Source: Scenedesmus sp. PABB004 (taxonomy: Eukaryota). Taken from it: a stretch of 64,000 nt of DNA. Both the position numbers and the translations under genes were made by a program. The stretch lies in NCBI GenBank assembly GCA_014905635.1, contig JABVCE010000003.1, positions 372,001-436,000 on the forward strand, written 5' to 3'. The notes beneath the pieces are model-generated. The model searched no databases and was not told the DNA's origin. It was given only the letters and a program-made list of their open reading frames with translations. Shown here in pieces: positions 1 to 11,248 of the stretch; position 1 is the stretch's first letter; the number at the start of each line of letters is the position of its first letter.

Positions 1-30
1 TGCTGCTGCTGAACCGCCCGCGGCGCGCAG

Positions 31-250
31 TACGTGCTGATGCACTGCTCGGGCGACGCCGAGTGGGAGCCGGGCAGCAACCGCGCGCTGGAGGTGCCGG
101 CCTCGGCGGCGGCGCTCGAGGTCGCCGCGGCGTGGGGCGCGACGAGCGAGACGGACGTGCTGGAGCTGCGGCGCAGCAGCAGCGCGGCCGGGGGCAGCGG
201 CCGCGGCGGCGCCGCCGCCAAGCCCGCGAGGCCGCAGCAGCAGCGCCGTG

Positions 251-282
<32 letters not shown>

Positions 283-1064
283 GAGGCGTCGCCGGCGCGC
301 AGCGCGCTCGACGAGCTGCTGGACACGATCGACGAGGACAGCGAGCACCTCGACCAGCAGGCGCTGCTGGAACAGGAGCAGCTGCTGCGCGTGCTGCAGC
401 AGTGGCAGCGCCTGGAGCAGCGCGAGGCCGCGCGGCGCGGCGGCGCCGCCGACGGCGCCGGCGCCGACGGCGCCACCGCCGACGGCAGCGGCCCGCCGCG
501 CCGCCGCCGCCGCAGCGCGGGGCGGCGCGGCCGCAGCGGCGCGAGCAGCCCCGCGCGCGCGCGCTGCGCCGCGGACGCCGAGGCCGACGGCGCGGCGGCG
601 GCGGCGGCGGCCGCCGCCGCGCTGGGCCGGCTGCAGCACGACCAGGACGAGGAGCTCGCCCACATGGCGGCCGAGGCGAGCTACATGCACCAGGCCGCGG
701 CGGCGGCGGCCAAGGCCGCCGCGGCGGTCGCGGCCAAGGTGCTCGCCTCGGTCGACGACGCGTCCGCGTCCGACGGCGAGGCGGTGACGGTCGAGGAGCT
801 GGCCGCGGCAGAGGCGGCGGCCGCGGCCGCGGGCGCGGCCGCGGGCGCGGCCGCGGACGCGGCCGCCGTCGTGCGCGCGGGCGCGCGCGCGGGCGCGCTG
901 CCGGCGCTCGCCGACGCGCAGGAGGCGCTGGTTGCGACGCTGCTCGGCATGCGGGCGGAGCTGACGAGCAACATTGCGAGCGCGACGGCCGCGATGCTGG
1001 AGCTGCAGGAGGAGATGGCCGACGTGCAGCAGGAGGTCGCGCGGCTCACCGCGGAGCGCATCCT

Positions 1065-1099
<35 letters not shown>

Positions 1100-2531
1100 G
1101 CGCGCTGGGCGGCGGCGACGGCCCGGCGTTTGGCGACTCTGGCATCGCCGCCGCGCTCATGGCGGGCCTCGGCGCCGACGCGGTGGGCGACTGGTTCGGC
1201 GAGAGCTCGGGCAGCGACGACGACGATGACGTCGTCGCGCCCGCAGCGTGGCTGGAGCTCGCGCTGGAGGCGCGCGACGACGACGAGGCGGAGGAGGAGG
1301 CCGACGGCGAGCCGGCGCCCGCGCTCTCCAGCCGCCTTGGACAGGCGGCTGCCTCGCTCGCGACGTCCGACCTCACGCCCGCGGCGCTGTCGGGTCTGCA
1401 GTCGGCGGTGCTCAACTGGCGCCAGGAGCTGCTCACGTTCCGGCAGGAGTCGCTGCTGCTTCGCGCCGAGCTCAACGAGCTGCGCGACAGCCTCAGCACG
1501 GTGGAGCACCAGCTGCTCACCAACATGGCCGCGCTGCAGGGCCTCGGTGACATCGACGACGACGACGCCCCGGGAGCCGCCCCCGCCACCGCCGGCGCCG
1601 CACCCGCGCCGCGCGTGCCACGCGCGGCCGCGCGCGCCGCCGCGGCCGCCGAGGCCGCCGAGGCCGGCGGCCGCAGCGCCGCGCGCGGCGCGGACGGCGC
1701 GCCGCCGCCGGCGCGCCGCGAGGCGCCCGGGCCCGAGCGCGGCGCGGCGGCGCCGCCGCCGCCGGCGGCGCTGGCGCCGGCCGCGCCAGCGCGCGCTGCG
1801 TCGCCGGCGTACGAGGAGCTTATGTCCAGCGTGATGTCCCAGCTCTGGACGAGCGTGCCGCCCGAGCAGCTCGAGTCCACACTGGCCGCCGAGCTCGACG
1901 CCGCGGCGGCAAGCGCGCAGGCTCAGGCGCAGGCGCAGGTGCAGGCCGGCGTCGACGCGGAGCTGCTCGTGTCGCGGCTGCTCGGCAGCGGGCACGCGCA
2001 GCACCACCACAAGGGCCTGCTGCTGGGCGCCATGCTCGCCGCCGGCGTCTGGGAGGACGGGCTGCACCACCTCGTGAAGGGCGAGCCGATGCGGTGCGGC
2101 CGGCGCGCGCCGCTGCTGTCCCCGCCGCTGCGCGCTGGGGCAGCGCGCGCCGTCGCCGCCGCCTGCACGCCGCTCACGCGCCGCCGCCGCCCGCTGCGCT
2201 GCGCGTCGGGCGCAGGCTGACGTGGCGCGCGTACAAGGCGGCCTGGTCCGACCGCGCGGCGTTTGCGTGGAAGTCGCAGCTCGTGTCGCCGCACGCCGTC
2301 ATCATGGCGCTGCGCGGCCTGGGCGGCGCGAGCGACGCGCAGCTGGCGACGCACGTGCTGTGGTCACTGCGCGAGCTCGCGACCCACAGCGGCAAGGTCG
2401 CGCAGCTGCTGGCGCGCGCGGCGGACGAGGAGGAGCTGGAGGTGCTGGAGCGGCTGCGCCCGGGCGCCGTGGACAAGCGCTGCGCGGCCATCCTGCGCCG
2501 CTGGATGACCGTGGCCCACGGCGGCGCGTGA
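31..2531 (+). CDS. CBM20 (starch-binding) + coiled-coil protein, 5' part outside the window; exons about 31-2093 and 2216-2531
   Basis: Acceptor cgcgcag ends at 30. YVLMHCSGDAEWEPGSNRALEV resembles the C-terminal half of CBM20 (Y-V...WE.G.NR). Heptad-rich segments follow (LELQEEMADVQQEVARL; LRAELNELRDSLSTVEHQL). A GT-AG intron at 2094-2215 restores the frame to TGA at 2529-2531. Confidence 0.7.
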
Positions 2532-3149
2532 GCTGCGCGCGCGTGCGCGCGCGCGCGCGCGGGCCGCGCTGCGGCGGCGCATAGCAGCCGCCGCAGCGTT
2601 GAGGACGGCACAGCCTGGCTCTCGCCCCGACCTGCCCGGGCCCTGGCCCGTGTTTCCCTGCTCCCTTTCATTGGGCCGCGCGGCGCGCGGCTGCCGCGCC
2701 GGCTCAATACTACGCGGCAGTGCCGCGACGGGCGCCGCCACGCGCGCGCACGCCGCCGCGCGCGTTTGGACGCGCACCGCCTGCGTCTGTGGCTGCTGCA
2801 AACGCACGTGGCCCAGCCCTCCCCCATTTTGGACGACGGCACTCGATCCCCTTTGTCTCTTCTTCTGCGTGCGATGTAGTACCACTGGCAGTTTTGGCGC
2901 GCGCCTGCTGGCACGCGGCGCGAGCAGAGCCACGCGAGCGACACCCCCGCGCTCCGTCGGCGGCGGGCGGCGAATGAAGGCGGGAGGGACACGATTTTGA
3001 CCGCGGGTGCACTCATCTGCGCGCAGCGTGAGCAGCAGGAGGCGATGGATGGCGGCGGCGGTCGGCGCAGCCTGGCGTCCGCTGCGCGCCGCAGCCTGGC
3101 GGCGCGCGGGCCCGTCGTTGTCGGGCGCGCGGTGCAGGCCTGGGGCCAC

Positions 3150-3154
3150 TGTAA
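3150..3154 (+). promoter_or_regulatory. TGTAA polyadenylation signal (chlorophyte type), probably for the CBM20 gene
   Basis: TGTAA downstream of the stop at 2531; UGUAA is the established chlorophyte poly(A) signal. Confidence 0.5.
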
Positions 3155-3520
3155 ACGTTTCAACCGCGCTCGCTCGAGTCCCGACGAAGGCTGGGGGAAG
3201 GGGCGGACCAGCCTGAACACCACCGAAGGCCGAAGGAAGGCGCGGAACTCGTCACTCAACTCGCCGCCCGCGCGCGCCTCGCCCTGACACGGCCGCACGC
3301 CGTGCGTTCTCCCAGTAGCCTTTACGTCCTCTAGCGCACCCGCCCCGTCCCCGTTCGCACCCCCGCCCAACGCGGCGCGTAGCAGAGTACCCGGCCTCGC
3401 GATCATCGCGTCTCCCGGGGCTGCTCGCCGGGCGCAGGGCCCACTCTCCGGCTCGGGCGCCGCCCGCGGGCGCGCCGGGCGCAGGCCGCAGGCCGCAGCG
3501 GACCCACGCACAAGAGAGAG

Positions 3521-5890
3521 ATGGCGCCCGCGCGCCGCGGCGCCGCCTGGCCAGCAGCAGCGCTGCTGGCGCTCCTCGCGGTTGCTTTGATCGGCGGCGG
3601 ATCTGGTGCGCGCGCGGCGCCGTGTACTTCGCGGCGCGGGGGGTACTCCGCCAGCCGCCGCGAAGCTGCTCACCCGCCGCGCGCCGCCGCCGCCGCAGCC
3701 GCCCGCGACGCCGACGACGACGGCACGGTGCTGGTGCAGCTGGAGGAGGGCGCCGACGCGACGGCGTCGTCGGCCGGGCTGGCCGCGCTCGCGGTCGGGA
3801 AGCAGGAGCTGTCTTCCTGCGAGCCCCTGCCGGGCGTGCGTGGCTGGGCGGCGTGCCGGCTCGCGCCCGCGGCGGCGGCGGAGCCGGCGGCCGCCGACCG
3901 CGTCATCGCGGCGCTGTCCTCGCTCGAGGGCGGCCTCGGCGCCTCGCCGCCGCGCGCCGGCGCGGCGGCGGCGGCGGCCGCGGCGCCGCGGCGCCGCACG
4001 TTCCGGCGCGTCGGCCGCGGCAAGAAGCTCTTCCCCGCGGCGCGGCGCCTCGCGCAGGCCGATGGCGCCGGGGCCGCCAACGGGCTGCCGCCCGAGTGCG
4101 CCGGCGGCAGCTGCCCGCGGCAGTGGGGCATCGACCGCATCCGCGCGCCCCAGGCGTGGACCGCGCTCGCGGCGGCGGGGCGCATGCCGCTCCCCACGCC
4201 CCTGCCGCGCCCGCTGGGCATCGTGGACACGGGCGCCGATTTTCTGAACAACAATGTCGCGAGCCAGGTCAACACGTCCGCGTCGGCGACCATCACCGCG
4301 CCCGCGCAGCAGAGCGCCGCCTCGGACGGCGGGCGCGCGGGCAAGTCGAACCACGGCACGCACGTCTTCGGCACCGCCGCGGGCGCGTGGGCCGGCGGCG
4401 ACGCGAGCGGCGTCGCGGGCGTGCTCGGCCCCGCGCCCGGCAGCGTGGTCGTATGCAACCCCTTTGGCGACAACGGCGACGAGACGGGCGCGGCGGTGTC
4501 GGACATCGTAAAGTGCCTCGCGCACGTGCGCGACGTGGGCGCGGGCTCGGTCGTCAACCTCTCCCTCGGCGGCAAGTGGGAGCGCGGCAGCACGACCGCC
4601 GCGCTGCTGCGCGACGCGCTGCGCGCCGTGTGCGACGCGGGCGGGCTCGTCGTCGTCGCGGCGCACAACTTTGGGGCGAACGTCGACGACCCCGCCGACA
4701 CCAAGGCCGTCTACCCCGCCGCGTTTGCCGGCGGCGCCGCGTTTGCGAGCGGCGACGTGCCCTGCCTGCTCGCCGTCGCGGCGATCGACCGCAGCGACCA
4801 GCTTGCGACCTTCAGCAACTGGGGCACCAAGGTCGCCATCGCCGCGCCGGGCGTGGACATCCGCAGCTGCGTCAACTCCAACGGCGGCGCCAACGTCTGG
4901 GCGGCGCAGCTGATGAGCGGGACGAGCATGGCGTCCCCCCACGTTGCGGGCGCGGCGAGCCTGTTGCGCAACGCGTTCCCCGCGGCGTCCGCGGGCGACG
5001 TGCTGGGCTGCCTCACCAGCACCGCGGCCGACCGCGTCGGCCTCAAGAACTTTGACTGGCTCCCCGCCGCGACGCTTGGCGGCGGCGTGCTCAACGTCGA
5101 GGCGGCCTACCGCTGCCTGCTCTCGGCCCAGGGCGGCGCCGCGCCGCCCGACTGCACGGCGCAGGCGGTGCCGCCGTGCGTGGACGCGGCGTCGGGCGTG
5201 CCGGACGCCGCCTGCGTGGCCGGGCCCGGCACGCACTGCCTCGCCGTGGGCGGCGCGACGTGCCGCTACGCGCTGGCGAGCAGCGCCACCGTGTGCGACG
5301 CCGCGAGCGGCACGCGCTGCACGGGCGCGGCGGCCGCGTGCCCCAGCGCCGCGCCGGTGGTGCCCGAGGCGCCGACCGCGTGCGCGGCCGACGCGCGGCA
5401 GCGCTGCGAGCTCCCCGGGCTCTGCACCGCCGCGCAGGGCTGCCGCTGCAGCGCGGCGGGCCCCGACTGCGAGTGCAACGCGGCGCTCGGCTTTGTGCCG
5501 CACCGCGCCAACGGCAGCGCGGCGCGCTGCCGCTGGGGGCTGACCTTCCGCGGCGCGCGGCTGCTGGAGGTGCCGCTGGACGCGACCGTCGCGATCCCGC
5601 TGAGCCTCTCCGCGCCGGGGCTGGCGGGGACGGTCTGCCCCGCCGCCGGCGCGCGCGTCGTCGCGTCGGTCGCCATCCTCGACGCCGTGCCCTGCCCGCA
5701 GCGGCCGCAGAAGCGCCTCGCCGCGGCCGCGGGGGCCAGCCCCACGGCGGCGGGCGGCGGCGTCGCGGAGAGCTGCGGGGAGGTCGTGGTGAGCACGGCC
5801 AAGGCCGGCGCGGTGGCGGGGGCCTGCTACCGCGTCAAGGTCTCCACCACGGACCGCCGCTCCAATGACCTCACCTTCATCTACGTCTGA
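3521..5890 (+). CDS. Secreted subtilisin-like serine protease (S8) with Cys-rich C-terminal region; probable in-frame intron 3606-3698
   Basis: Signal-peptide-like N-terminus; catalytic motifs GIVDTG (Asp), HGTHVFG (His) and SGTSMASPHVAG (Ser); also VVNLSLG and FSNWG...IAAPG. Confidence 0.9.
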   Translation: MAPARRGAAWPAAALLALLAVALIGGGSGARAAPCTSRRGGYSASRREAAHPPRAAAAAAARDADDDGTVLVQLEEGADATASSAGLAALAVGKQELSSCEPLPGVRGWAACRLAPAAAAEPAAADRVIAALSSLEGGLGASPPRAGAAAAAAAAPRRRTFRRVGRGKKLFPAARRLAQADGAGAANGLPPECAGGSCPRQWGIDRIRAPQAWTALAAAGRMPLPTPLPRPLGIVDTGADFLNNNVASQVNTSASATITAPAQQSAASDGGRAGKSNHGTHVFGTAAGAWAGGDASGVAGVLGPAPGSVVVCNPFGDNGDETGAAVSDIVKCLAHVRDVGAGSVVNLSLGGKWERGSTTAALLRDALRAVCDAGGLVVVAAHNFGANVDDPADTKAVYPAAFAGGAAFASGDVPCLLAVAAIDRSDQLATFSNWGTKVAIAAPGVDIRSCVNSNGGANVWAAQLMSGTSMASPHVAGAASLLRNAFPAASAGDVLGCLTSTAADRVGLKNFDWLPAATLGGGVLNVEAAYRCLLSAQGGAAPPDCTAQAVPPCVDAASGVPDAACVAGPGTHCLAVGGATCRYALASSATVCDAASGTRCTGAAAACPSAAPVVPEAPTACAADARQRCELPGLCTAAQGCRCSAAGPDCECNAALGFVPHRANGSAARCRWGLTFRGARLLEVPLDATVAIPLSLSAPGLAGTVCPAAGARVVASVAILDAVPCPQRPQKRLAAAAGASPTAAGGGVAESCGEVVVSTAKAGAVAGACYRVKVSTTDRRSNDLTFIYV

Positions 5891-6355
5891 TGACGCCTCG
5901 GACGTCAAAACGAGCTCCGCGCGCAGCTGCGAGCGCTGCGCCACCAGACCTCCCGCGGCGCTGGATGCCGCCCGCACATACATGACGATCGGGATTGGAT
6001 GGATGATGGTCGCGAACCCAACCCCCCTGCTGGCCTGTGCACCACCAGCCGGCGTTCTGCAGCGTGTGCAGTGTGCAGCTGGACAAACTCAATTCTTTTT
6101 TCATAGCGTGACCGAGCGGCGGCGCGGGCTCGTGCTTTTTGCTTAATCCCTTCACGCAGCGCGACCCGCGCCTGCCGAACCCGCCCCGGTCAGCGCGCCG
6201 CTTGTGCCCCGCCGCCGCGCCCCGCCGCCGCGGCGTCCAGCAGCGCCCGCCCTGCAGCGACCCCCCCTGACCGCGGCCTGCCCACCTGCCACCAGCGCCG
6301 GCGCCCACGCACGCTCCGCCGCGCGCGGCGCTACTGTTGGCAGCGGCGCGCCGCC

Positions 6356-8084
6356 ATGTCGGGCGTGATGAAGCCGCCAGGCGCGGCCGCAAAGGCCGCC
6401 AACCTGCGCAAGCAGGCCCTGCTGTCGGGAGCCGGAGGCCTGGGCGGCGGCCTGCAGCCGATCAGCGACGACGACGCCGTGCAGTCGGGCTTCGACTGCT
6501 CCCGCCTCTCGCTGGACGCTGGCTCGCGCGCGCCCATCGAGCAGCACGCCTGGGACGAGTACTGGGACGAACGGCGCAGCTTGGAGCTGCCCGGCAGGCG
6601 CGGCGCACGCGAGCGCGGACGCTGCCGCGCCGCCGCCGCTGCCGCGCTGCCGCGACCGGCCGGCCGGCCGCTGCAGGGGCTCGTTCAACGTCTACACCGC
6701 CGGCGGTGAGGGAGCCGTGGTGCTCTGCCTGCACGGTGGCGGCTACACGGGCCTCACCTGGTCGCTCGTCGCCCGGCAGCTCAAGGACAGGCGCGCGCAG
6801 CGCGGCGCGGCCCGGCGCTGGTCGCACACGGCCGCGCGGCAGCCGCCCATTCGCACGCGCTGCCGCCACGGCGCAGGTACCGCGTCGTCGCGCCCGACCT
6901 GCGCGGCCACGGCGACACGCACACCGCGGACGACCTCGACTTTTCGGCCGAGGTGCGCGCCCGGGCCTGCGCCGGCGCGCCTGCGCGCACGCGCGCACCG
7001 CCGCCCACCGCCGCGCCGCGCGCGCCGCGCCCGCGCGGCTCGCCAGACGATGACGCGCGACATCGTGGAGCTGTGGAAGGCCCTCTTCGGCGGCGCGCCC
7101 GCCCGCACGCCCACGCTCGTGGTGGGGCACAGCATGGGCGGCGCGCTGGGCGTGTGGGCGGCGGCGACACGCGAGCTGCCGGGCCTGGACGGCGTCGCAG
7201 TCATCGACGTGGTCGAGGGCACCGCGCTGGGTGCGGCCGCCACGCGCGCCGCGCTGGGCGCGCGCGCAGCGCGCAGCGCCCCGCCGCGACGCGCGCGCCC
7301 CGCCGCCGCCGCCGCGCAGCCGCGCTGCCGCACATGATGGGCGTGCTGCACAGCCGGCCGGCGGCCTTCCCGAGCATGCAGGCGGCGCTGGAGTGGGCGG
7401 TGCGCAGCGGGACGTGCAAGAACCGGGAGATGGCGGGCGTGTCGCTGCCGTCGCAGCTGGTGCCGGCGCCCGACGGCGGCGGCGCGCTCGCGTGGCGCAC
7501 GCCGCTCGCGGCGAGCCGGCCGCACTGGGAGGGCTGGTACCGCGGCCTGAGCGACGCGTTCCTGGGCCTGCCGGTGCCCAAGATGCTGCTGCTCGCCGGC
7601 ACGGACCGCCTGGACCGCAGCCTCACAATCGGGCAGATGCAGGGCAAGTTCCAGCTCGTGCTCATGCCGACCGCGGGCCACGCGATCCAGGTGCGAGCGC
7701 GCGCGCGCGCCTGCGCGAGAGCGCGCCGCCGGCCCGCCGCCTGGGCCCCGGTGGGGCCGCCCCGAGCCCCGGCGTCGCGCGCCCACGCGCCGCGCCCCGG
7801 CCCGCCGCCGCCGCTGGCCGCCGCAGGAGGACGAGCCGCTGAAGACGTCTGAGTACCTGCAGCAGTTCCTGCACCGCCAGCGCATCGGCGAGCCGCCGAT
7901 GGTCATCCCGCGCGCGGCGCCGGGCGTGCGGCCGGTGCTGCCGGTGGTGGGCGGGCCGCTGTTCGCGAAGCCGCAGGCGCTGCAGCAGCAGCCGCCGCCG
8001 CTGGAGCCGCCGCCGGAGCAGCCGCCGCCGCTGGAGGCGTCGCCAGAGCAGCCGCGGTCGGCCGGTGCGCAGTCCAATATTTAA
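6356..8084 (+). CDS. PPME1: Protein phosphatase methylesterase 1 (PME-1), 6 exons
   Basis: Spliced product contains WDEYWD, LCLHGGGYTGLTW, APDLRGHGDT, VVGHSMGG, DVVEGTAL, W.GWY.GLS..FL, KMLLLAGTDRLDRSLTIGQMQGKFQL and GHAIQED.P. Introns 6598-6676 and 6791-6876 have GC donors. Confidence 0.93.
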
Positions 8085-8290
8085 CCGCCGACGCTGACCG
8101 CCCGCGCGCGCGTGAGCAGGGCCGCGCCGCACACAGCCACACAGATGCTCGAAGACAGATTATCTGACGACGACAAACGAAGAGCACGGGCTGCGCGGGC
8201 CCAAAACCGCAGTGCTCGCCGCGCGCAGCGCACAAAGACCGCCGAAACGCCGCTCGGCGCGAGCGGCCACGACACTGGAGCCCGCCGCCC

Positions 8291-11248
8291 TCACCACATC
8301 ACCCCAGGCTGCGCCATCGGCACGCCGCCGGGCATGCTGCTGCCCGCCACGCCCGCGCTGCCGCCCGTCGCCTGGTTGCTGCCGCCGGGGGCGTTCATCG
8401 TCGCCGCGGCGGGCGCGGCGGCCAGGCCGGGCAGGCCCTGCTGCGCCGCGGCCGCCAGCAGCCCCCAATACGCATCCGTCGGGCCCGTCCCGAGCGCCGC
8501 CGCCTGCAGCGCCGCCGCCTGCTGCGCCGCCGCCTGCTGCGCCGCCGCCTGCGTCGCCGCCGCGACCAGCTGCGCCTGCAGCGCCGCCATGAACTGCGCG
8601 CCGGGGTCGCCGCCCTGGGCGGCCGCCAGCTGGGTGGCCATGGCCTGCAGCTGCTGCAGCTGCGCCTGCGCCTGGGGCTTGCCGGACAGCTGCGCCTGCG
8701 CTTGCGCCTGCTGCTGCTGCTGCTGCTGCAGCAGCGCCTGCTGCGCCTGCGCTTGCGCCTGCTGCTGTGCCTGCTGCTGCGCCTGCTGCTGCTGCTGTGC
8801 GTGCGCCTGCTGCTGCTGCTGTGCGTGCGCCTGCAGCTGCTGCAGCACCCAGTCATGCGGCGGCGCGCCGCCCGCGGGCCCAGCCGCCAGCGCCTGCAGG
8901 AGCATTGCCTGCTGCACGGCGGCCAGGTCGGCCGCGCTCCCCCACGGCGGCAGCTGCGGCGCGGGCGGCGCCAGCTGCGGCGCGGGCGGCGCCAGCTGCT
9001 GCGCGTGCGCAGGCGGCTGCTCGTGCGGTGCCTGCGCTGCGGCCGCCGCCAGCGGCTTGGCAGGCGGCGAGTGCGGCGGCGGGGGGCCCATCGCCTGCGC
9101 CTGCTGCGCCGGCTGGTGCGCTCCCCGCTCCGGCACGTCCGCCAGCGCCGGGCTGGCAGCCGCTGCCTCCGCTGCGGTCGCACAGCCCGGCCCCGGCTCG
9201 TTGGAGCCCCGGCGCTGCCGCACGCGCCGGCCGGCGTCGCCGTCTGCATCGGCGGCTGCCCCGACCGGCGCACCCTCCGTGTCCAGGGCCTGCCGCTCCA
9301 CACCCTCCGCGGCCGGTTGGGGGGCCGCGCCAGCTGTGCCGCCACTGGCCGCGGCGGTGTGCTGCCCGTTGGTGTTGGACGCGTCGGCCGCTGCCGGCGC
9401 GGGCGCCTCGCCGGCGGCGAGCCCCCCACGGGCGGCCAGCCGCTCGCACCGGGCTGGGTGCCGGCGATGGTGCCCACCGTCGTCCCCGCCAGCATGCTGC
9501 CCGGCTGCTGGGGCGCCGGCTGGGCCGCCGCGATGGCCGCAGCCAGCGCGGCGACCTGCGCCGCGCCGGCGGCGCCGGGGAACATGCCCGGCAGCCCCGG
9601 CAGCACCAGCTGCTGCAGCTGCTGGAGCTGCTGGAGCTGCTGGAACTGCTGGAGCTGCTGCAGCTGCTGCAGCTGCTGCGCCTGCGCCTGCTCCTGCTGT
9701 GCCGCCGCCGCTGCCGCCGCTGCCTGGGGCGCCCCGCCCAGCATCTCCTGCAGCGCCGGCGCCAGGCCCTGCAGGCCCGCCAGCAGCGCTGCGACCTGCT
9801 GCTGCTGCTGCTGCAGCTGCGGGCTGAACAGCCCCAGCGCGGCGGCGGCAGCGGCCGCCGCCGCCGCGGGGCCGCCCTGCGCCGCGGCTGCCGCGGCCGC
9901 CGCCGCGAGGTCCAGGCCGTCCGGCACGAGGCCGGCCGCCGCGGCCGCCGCCGCCATGGCCGCGCCATAGTGCTCGAGCATCTGCGGCGGCCCCTGCTGC
10001 CCCGCCGGCGGCGCCGCGCCGGCCTGCGGCAGCAGCCCGGGCACGGCGCCCTGGAGCACGCCGCGCGCGGCCGCGAGCGGGTCGCCCATGCCCGCCGCCG
10101 CCGCCGCCGCCGCCGCATAGGGGTCCAGCACCTGCCTGAACGCGCCCAGCGGGTCAAACCCAGGCCCCGGCGGTGCGGCCTGCTGCTGCTGCTGCTGCAG
10201 CAGCAGCTGCTGCTGCTGCTCAGTGGCGGCCGCCAGGATGCCCGCCAGCGGATGCGCGCCGTCCAGCCCGCCCAGAAGCGGGTGCTGCGCCAGCGCGGCG
10301 GGGGCCACGCTGCCGGGCAGCGCGGGCATCATCATGGCGGCCGCCACGGCCGGGTCCAGCGCGCCGGCCGCCGCCGCGGCCGCCTCTGCGGCGCTGGGCT
10401 GCCGCGACAGCGCGGCCTGCTGCGCCGCCGCCGCCGCCGCCGCCAGCTCGGCCGCCACGTCTGCCTGCAGGCCAGCCGCCTCGGCGGCCGACGGCGCGTG
10501 CAGCGGCGCGTCGGGCGCGGTGTCGTGCGGACGCGGCGGCGGCGCGGCCTTGGTCTTGCGCCGGCCCGCGCCGGGCGCGATCTGGCGCAGCGTGCCGCCC
10601 ATGGTCCAGTAGCGCTGGCAGTCCTGCGAGGCGGGGCGGCGCAGCGGCGGGGGCTCGGCGGCGCGCTGCTGCGCAGCGCGCGGGCCTCGGCGCGCCGCCG
10701 CCGCTGCGCAGCGCCGGCGCGCGGCGGCCGGCGCGCGCACCCGGCAGTAGTAGCGGGGCTGCTTGATGTTGTAGTTGTTGTAGTAGCAGAACTTGGTGTT
10801 GTTGCTGTTGCAGCGCGGGCACTCCTGGCTGCGCGGGCGCTTGGCCTTGGGCGGCCGCGGCGTGCCCTCGTCCTCCGTGTCGCCGCCGTGGCCCTCCGCC
10901 GGCACGGGCTCGCACTCGCCCTGCTGCTCGTCCAGGCCGTGCCTGCCGGGCGGCCGCGCGGGCGGCGGCGCCGGCGACGCCGCAGCAGCGCCGCCGGCGC
11001 CCGCGCCGGCCGCGCCAGCGGGGGCTGCCGCCGGCAGCGCGCCCGCCGCTGGCAGCAGGCCCTGCAGCGGACAGGCCGCCCGGGGGGACGCGGAGCCGGG
11101 CGCGGGCGGCCGTGAGCGGGGCAGCGACGCCGGGGCGGTGCTGTCGAAGCGCGCCGGCCCGCGCCAGCGCGCGCGCCGCGCTGCCCACCTGCCCCGGATC
11201 GTCCTGCTGTGCCGGGCGCCCGCCCGGCCCCAGCTCCAGGCTCTCCAT
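8291..11248 (-). CDS. Dof zinc-finger transcription factor with long Q/A-rich C-terminal region
   Basis: [48 protein letters not shown] is a Dof domain, split by intron 10740-10624. The first intron is 11188-11062. A frame change near 9450 fits a 59-nt intron (9449-9391) or an indel. Confidence 0.9.

Noticed and set aside
2174..5983. 1269-aa antisense ORF, and the many other long Arg/Ala/Pro-rich ORFs in the track
   Set aside because: These are shadow frames caused by stop-codon scarcity at very high GC. They lie antisense to or out of frame with recognisable genes and contain no motifs.
8500..10220. CAG/CTG and GCC arrays as CRISPR or satellite repeats
   Set aside because: They are coding poly-Gln and poly-Ala tracts of the Dof protein, with no repeat-spacer structure or cas genes.
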